This document shows positions 62,956 through 64,000 of a DNA stretch of 64,000 nt, one piece after another. The notes beneath the pieces are model-generated. The model made no database searches. It had not been told where the DNA came from and saw only the letters and a list, made by a program, of their open reading frames with translations. The stretch's first letter is position 1; each line of letters starts with the position of its first letter. Source of the stretch: Octopus bimaculoides (taxonomy: Eukaryota); assembly GCF_001194135.2 (NCBI RefSeq), contig NC_068993.1, forward strand, positions 36,559,374 through 36,623,373. The letters are read 5' to 3'. Made by a program: the position numbers and the translations under genes.

Positions 62956-64000
62956 GGAACCAAGTTTCTCAATTACACAGCCATGCTTGCAATGACATGT
63001 GTAGTAGTATTTATGTATGTAAATATGTATGTATATAATGACATCACTTTGGCCTAAGAGAAAAGAACACCACTTTTATATTATAGCTAATTACAATATA
63101 TTTGAAAAATAAGGTAAACTTGTTACATTTTTCTTTTCTAGCTGATGCTATATTTGGACAACTCTAAATAAATGTTTTCTGTTATCACTTCTATCAACAG
63201 AAAAAGTAGGTATTGACTAGGCTGATTAGGTTCCACATCAGACTTTTGATGGAGAACCCAGGTTCTGAAACAGTTAAGTTAAGGTACTCACACTTTGTCT
63301 ACACAAGTGATAACAGCACTAGCTGGTTGCTCAACTTACAAAAGATAGCAGCCGTGTCTCCCTCAAATTACACCCTATCATACTGAGAAGTGAATGCTAG
63401 TTTGGATAACATAGTCCAAGTCATACCCATGAGAATGGTCATGGCTGCAACACAGATATATTCAATCTGGGTTGACTCAGGACCTCGTAAGTCACTTATG
63501 GTATTGGTCTCAAGGTTCCATATCTTTGGACTCAAATGGTGTGTGGCCCCAAAACCTCACCAGCCACATCTCTCTGGCTCTCAATAGTTTCACTAGGAGT
63601 AGTACCAACTAAGAGACAGTGGCAATAATGTGGAATTTATGACTAAAATTTTTCTAGGCAGTGTCCTAGTGTGGCCGCAGTCTAATGGCTGAAATAAGTA
63701 AAAGAAAGACAAAAGACTATGATTGTGAGTCTAACACCTAAAACTCTAGACTTATGTATCCTCACTTGTCTCATGTACTACTAAAATATAGTCTTGTATA
63801 TATATCCCTAAAAAATTGACAGAATGGTCATGGTTGAAATATAGTTGGAATGCCTTTGATCATAGTTCTGCTTGATCAGGGTTAACCTGGGGCTAAACAA
63901 CAACAACAACAATGACCCCCCCCCCNNNNNNNNNNGGGATTAGCTCTCCTGATCTCTCTTTGTCTCTCTTCTCCATCATCCTGTCTTAGATATATTCAAG

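Overview
Eukaryotic, AT-rich, microsatellite-dense genomic DNA with many N assembly gaps, which fall mostly inside (TA)n/(CA)n tracts. The repeat complement points to a coleoid cephalopod, most likely Octopus (recognition from memory, not a database match). I can support only one host gene, a minus-strand Gab/Daughter-of-sevenless-like RTK docking adaptor. Two exons are visible: a large 1062-nt phase 1-1 exon (28422-29483) rich in YxxP, YxN and YxxM motifs, and a 103-nt exon (6443-6545) that joins it in frame across a ~21.9-kb intron. I did not find the PH-domain exons or the C-terminal exons; they probably lie outside the window or in gaps. The rest is intronic and dominated by mobile DNA: three tRNA-derived SINE families; CR1/L2- and RTE-clade LINE fragments; a DD37D (maT) transposase relic; piggyBac-, pogo- and hAT-type MITEs; a probable non-autonomous Helitron; and Penelope-like ends with a degenerate minimal hammerhead topology. 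The most striking structure is a 928-bp near-perfect foldback palindrome inside the Gab intron. Nearly all ORFs in the supplied track are microsatellite or gap artefacts. I see no convincing novel multi-gene system; the findings are local oddities and hypotheses.
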